From Candidatus Latescibacterota bacterium (GTDB lineage Bacteria > Latescibacterota > UBA2968 > SICM01): a stretch of DNA of 64,000 bases. Both the position numbers and the translations under genes were made by a program. Below, in pieces: positions 60,538-64,000 of the stretch. The notes beneath the pieces were generated by a model, which did not search any database, had not been told where the DNA came from, and worked only from the letters and a program-made list of their open reading frames with translations. Within the stretch, counting starts at the first letter, position 1, and every line of letters begins with the position of its first letter. The stretch lies in the NCBI GenBank assembly GCA_965217865.1, contig CBDCJO010000002.1:1280001-1344000 (forward strand), given 5' to 3'.

Positions 60538-62063
60538 CAGCCTGTTGAAAAAGTGCGTTTATGCCAAGATGACTGTTGTCTTTCCTTGTGGTTTGGTCCT
60601 ATGATATATCAGGTTCAAACTGAGAAGGGAGGACGAGCAAATGGCAATGGGAAAACGAGGACGACAGAGACAGGAAAACCTGTTCATCGCATCGAACACT
60701 TTGGTGAAATCTCCGGGTCATCCGTTCTACGAGAAGCTGAATCAGGTATTGGGGGCGAACGGCTTCGACGAGTTCGTCGAGGGGCTTTGCCAGCGGTATT
60801 ACGCTCCTCATATGGGTCGCAAGGGCATTCCGCCCGGGGTTTATTTTCGGATGCTTTTGATTGGGTATTTCGAGGGACTTGATTCGGAACGTGGGATCGA
60901 ATGGCGTGTATCTGACTCGCTGACGTTGCGCCGGTTTTTGGGGTATGCCCTTGACGAACAGACCCCGGATCATTCCAGCCTGTCTCGCATCCGGCATCGG
61001 CTTCCCTTGGAAGTTCACGAAGCGGTTTTCAAGTGGATCCTGAGGGTCTTGTGCAAAGCGGGTCTGGTGAAGGGGAAGACGTTGGGCGTGGATGCTACGA
61101 CACTGGAGGCCAACGCCGCGATGCGCAGCATTGTACGCCGTGACACGGGTGAAGGCTACCAGGCATTCCTTGAGAATCTGGCCAAGGCCTCGGGCATTGA
61201 AACGCCTACCCGCGAGGACTTGTCCAAGATCGATAAGAAGCGACCGAAGAAGGGATCGAACCAGGACTGGGAGCACCCGCACGACCCGGATGCCAAGATC
61301 GCTAAGATGAAGGACGGTCGCACGCACATGGCGCACAAGGTGGAGCACGCGGTGGATCTGGACACCAATGCCATTGTGGCAGTGGCGTTGTCGGGAGCAG
61401 ATGAAGGAGATACCGAGTCGTTGCCCTGGACGCTGCTCGAGGCGCAGCTCAATCTCAAGCAGGTCGCGAAGGACGAAAAAGCTGCCAAACGTTTGCACAG
61501 ACAGCGTATACGGGAGGTGGTTGCGGACAAAGGATATCATAGCAACGATGTATTGACCAGTCTGAAGCAAGGCGGCATCCGGAGTTACATTTCAGAACCG
61601 GATCGGGGACGCCGCAAGTGGAACGGCCGACGAGATGAGCAGGCCGCGGTATATGCGAATCGACGCCGGATCAAGGGAGATCGCGGCAAGGCCTTGCGCC
61701 GAAGTCGTGCAGAACGGGTGGAAAGAACCATCGCTCACACATATGATACCGGTGGCATGCGCAGGTTGCACTTGAGAGACCGCGGCAATATCCTCAAGCG
61801 TTTGCTGATCCACATCGGGGGCTGCAACCTGGCTCTGCTCATGCGCAAAGTGATGGGCGTAGGTACTCCGAAGGCCCTCCAGGACCTGGCCAAGGCCTTG
61901 CAGCGTCTACTGCTCGTCCTACAATCACGTTTGCTGCCCTCGGTCACCTTTTTAACCTCTTATCAGCGTCTCCTGCTCAATCTCCTTACCTTGATTTATC
62001 TGACCCGCACTCCAGGCGTCTTTTCCGTTTATGTGCGTTGAAAGGTAGTTCTTCAACGGGCTG
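60538..62063 (+). mobile_element. IS copy 4 (1526 bp)
   Basis: Same inverted repeats; flanks CTAC (60534-60537) and ATAG (62064-62067). Confidence 0.95.
60641..62041 (+). CDS. DDE transposase
   Basis: 466 aa, same element. Confidence 0.95.
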   Translation: MAMGKRGRQRQENLFIASNTLVKSPGHPFYEKLNQVLGANGFDEFVEGLCQRYYAPHMGRKGIPPGVYFRMLLIGYFEGLDSERGIEWRVSDSLTLRRFLGYALDEQTPDHSSLSRIRHRLPLEVHEAVFKWILRVLCKAGLVKGKTLGVDATTLEANAAMRSIVRRDTGEGYQAFLENLAKASGIETPTREDLSKIDKKRPKKGSNQDWEHPHDPDAKIAKMKDGRTHMAHKVEHAVDLDTNAIVAVALSGADEGDTESLPWTLLEAQLNLKQVAKDEKAAKRLHRQRIREVVADKGYHSNDVLTSLKQGGIRSYISEPDRGRRKWNGRRDEQAAVYANRRRIKGDRGKALRRSRAERVERTIAHTYDTGGMRRLHLRDRGNILKRLLIHIGGCNLALLMRKVMGVGTPKALQDLAKALQRLLLVLQSRLLPSVTFLTSYQRLLLNLLTLIYLTRTPGVFSVYVR

Positions 62064-62302
62064 ATAGGTGGTCGAGATGACAATGGCTCAGAATAACCGC
62101 ACAAAGGGGAAGTTGCCCGATCCTGTCGAAATCCGGGAGACCTTCATAACCGATACGTCGAGGATGAAACCCCGCGTCCAGCATAACGGCGGCCCCCTCC
62201 ATATCGATCAGGTAGGAATTCGCCCCGATCTCATCACCCCCGCCCAGAACCGTAAACTTCAAGTCAGACCGCCCCTTCGTTTTGCCGGACTGTGTTGTAC
62301 AC

Positions 62303-63262
62303 TCACTGAACCTTGTATCCCAGCCGTTTGTCGACAACGTTTAGCAGTGGTTCTCCCTTCGCGAACCGTCTCATATTCTCTACGAGAACGCGGTCCATGT
62401 TCCCGTATCCCTCCGGTGACAGACCTGCGACGTGAGATGTAACGACCACATTGGGCATGTCCCAGAGCGGGCTGTCTTCTGGAAGCGGCTCCTTCTCGAA
62501 AACGTCCAGCCCTGCTCCTGCGATTTCGCCTTCCCGCAACGCCGCGATCAGATCAGCCTCGACCACGATTGAACCCCGCGCAATGTTGATCAGGTAAGCG
62601 GTCCGCTTCATCATCGAGAGTCTTTCACGGTTTACCATCCCTCGGGTCTTCTCCGTAAGTGGCAGCCCGACGACGATGGCGTCGGATTCCCGAAAAACGA
62701 AACTGATGTCCTCCGGCCCGAAAACCTCATCGACCCCTTCGGGGGGGGATTTCACCTGCGCGTCCAGCGCGATCACCCGCATTCCGAAGGGTTTGGCCCG
62801 TCGGGCTACAGCCATGCCGATGCTTCCAAGTCCAAGCACTCCAACGGTCTTCCCCGCCAGTTGCTGCACCGGAATTTTACGGTTCCAGCCTCGCCTCAGC
62901 TGCAAGTCGTGATACGTCCTCATTTGACGGGTCAGCGAGAGCAGCAGGGTCAATGCATGATCGGCCATAGCCGCATCGAGAGCCCCAGCCGTGTTCGTAA
63001 TGATAACATCGCTGTCGATCATCTCCGAATAGAGCATGGTCTCGAATCCCACCCCGATGCTCTGCACCCATCTCAGCTTCCGGGCCTTAAGGAAAAACGC
63101 CTTGGGCAGCCGGCCGTACACCGCGTCGGCATTCGCAATCTCCGCCTGAATCAGCTCCGGCTCTTTGGCCAGAACCAGGTTGTATTCCGGGACCTGGCGC
63201 CTGATTCGATCCGCCATCCCCGGCTCGTTCTCCCAGATCATAAGCAGCTTCAACTTGGGCAT
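62303..63262 (-). CDS. D-2-hydroxyacid dehydrogenase
   Basis: GLGSIG, NIARG, AGLDVFEKEP and SHVAG. Confidence 0.93.
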   Translation of the reverse strand: MPKLKLLMIWENEPGMADRIRRQVPEYNLVLAKEPELIQAEIANADAVYGRLPKAFFLKARKLRWVQSIGVGFETMLYSEMIDSDVIITNTAGALDAAMADHALTLLLSLTRQMRTYHDLQLRRGWNRKIPVQQLAGKTVGVLGLGSIGMAVARRAKPFGMRVIALDAQVKSPPEGVDEVFGPEDISFVFRESDAIVVGLPLTEKTRGMVNRERLSMMKRTAYLINIARGSIVVEADLIAALREGEIAGAGLDVFEKEPLPEDSPLWDMPNVVVTSHVAGLSPEGYGNMDRVLVENMRRFAKGEPLLNVVDKRLGYKVQ

Positions 63263-63476
63263 GCCCTCGCTCCTTTACTGAGAATTTCTGGGTGAGTTAT
63301 ATTTTATCCGATTTGGGATGCATCTGCAGCGTTGATTCTCCGCGTGGACGTTTCGTTCCTAAACCAAAGGGGGAGAGTAGGCTTTGGGGATTAAGAAGTA
63401 CCGCGCGACCAAGCCCTTTCCCGATCTAACCTTTTACCGACATGAATTTTTTCGATAGCAACTGCATGCTTGGCCC

Positions 63477-63535
63477 ATCGCGGAGTGCATGGCCGCTGTT
63501 CCGTTGCAGACGTACAGCGCGTACTTCACGCCCAT
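63477..63535 (-). pseudogene. Short relic resembling a DegT/DnrJ/StrS aminotransferase
   Basis: MGVKYALYVCNGTAAMHSAM resembles the GVK.A....NGTAA.H.A motif. Confidence 0.45.
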
Positions 63536-63722
63536 GCCTTTGGGCGCCTGAATAGCCCAAAGACTCGCAGCGTATCCTGATTTCCAGCAACGACAATTTA
63601 CGCCATCGGCTGCGGGGATCAAACACTTTATCGCATACAAAGGAATTGCATTGAACCACGCTGTGCATTCATATATATTTATTCGCTCCCCTCCACACTC
63701 CTAAAATCCTCCTGCGTGTATT

Positions 63723-64000
63723 GTGACCGTTCTCTTCAAAAAGAAAGTCCTCGTGATGGGTCTGGGCCTCTTCGGCGGGGGACTGGGCGTGACCCGGTTT
63801 CTCGCCAGGGAAGGTGCTCGGGTCACCGTGACCGATCTCAGGTCTGAAGAGGACCTCAGGGAGTCCGTCGAGGCCCTGAAGGGCCTGCCGGTTTCATTGA
63901 AATTGGGGGGCCACGACGAAGCCGATTTTCTGGCGGCCGACCTGATCGTGGCCAACCCCGCCGTTCCCCGCCACTCAGACTACCTGTCCCTGGCCGAACG
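63723..64000 (+). CDS. murD: UDP-N-acetylmuramoyl-L-alanine--D-glutamate ligase, 3'-truncated by the window edge
   Basis: Manual translation: [14 protein letters not shown]...GARVTVTD...LGGH...[11 protein letters not shown]. Confidence 0.88.
   Translation, partial: MTVLFKKKVLVMGLGLFGGGLGVTRFLAREGARVTVTDLRSEEDLRESVEALKGLPVSLKLGGHDEADFLAADLIVANPAVPRHSDYLSLAE

Larger units (their letters stand above)
59345..62262 (-). pseudogene. Metallo-beta-lactamase/beta-CASP ribonuclease, split by IS copy 4 and frameshifted
   Basis: GGGDEIGANS, SHCHLDH | GALP, AGHILG, YTGD, EST, FALGRTQE, SSGMM and FSAHAD; C10 tract at 60017-60026 breaks the frame. Confidence 0.88.

Overview
Bacterial chromosome segment. 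It is probably from an FCB-group, Latescibacterota-like organism; this is inferred from a PorV-like barrel, a dockerin-like EF-hand pair, a PhyH-family gene and the lysS-lolD-mcsA-mcsB-clpC-bamA-skp-fabZ block. Contents: housekeeping genes (aroE, menG, argS, aroK, aroB, ltaE, fabZ, skp, bamA, clpC, mcsB, mcsA, lolD, lysS, era, murD), cell-surface glycosylation genes and carbohydrate/amine catabolic enzymes. The dominant feature is four near-identical 1526-bp IS5/IS1182-type elements, each inserted inside a gene at a C-N-TA-N-G site. Two copies have a perfect 4-bp target duplication. The other two have mismatched flanks, and in both the right-end 4-mer equals the duplication of another copy. 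This suggests piggyBac/PiggyMac-like carry-over of donor flank bases, although a polishing artefact is not excluded. Several deletion fusions, frameshifts and gene relics point to ongoing erosion. A standalone 59-aa membrane protein gene has a sigma54 promoter, an IHF-like site and its own terminator. No rRNA, tRNA or CRISPR array was recognised.
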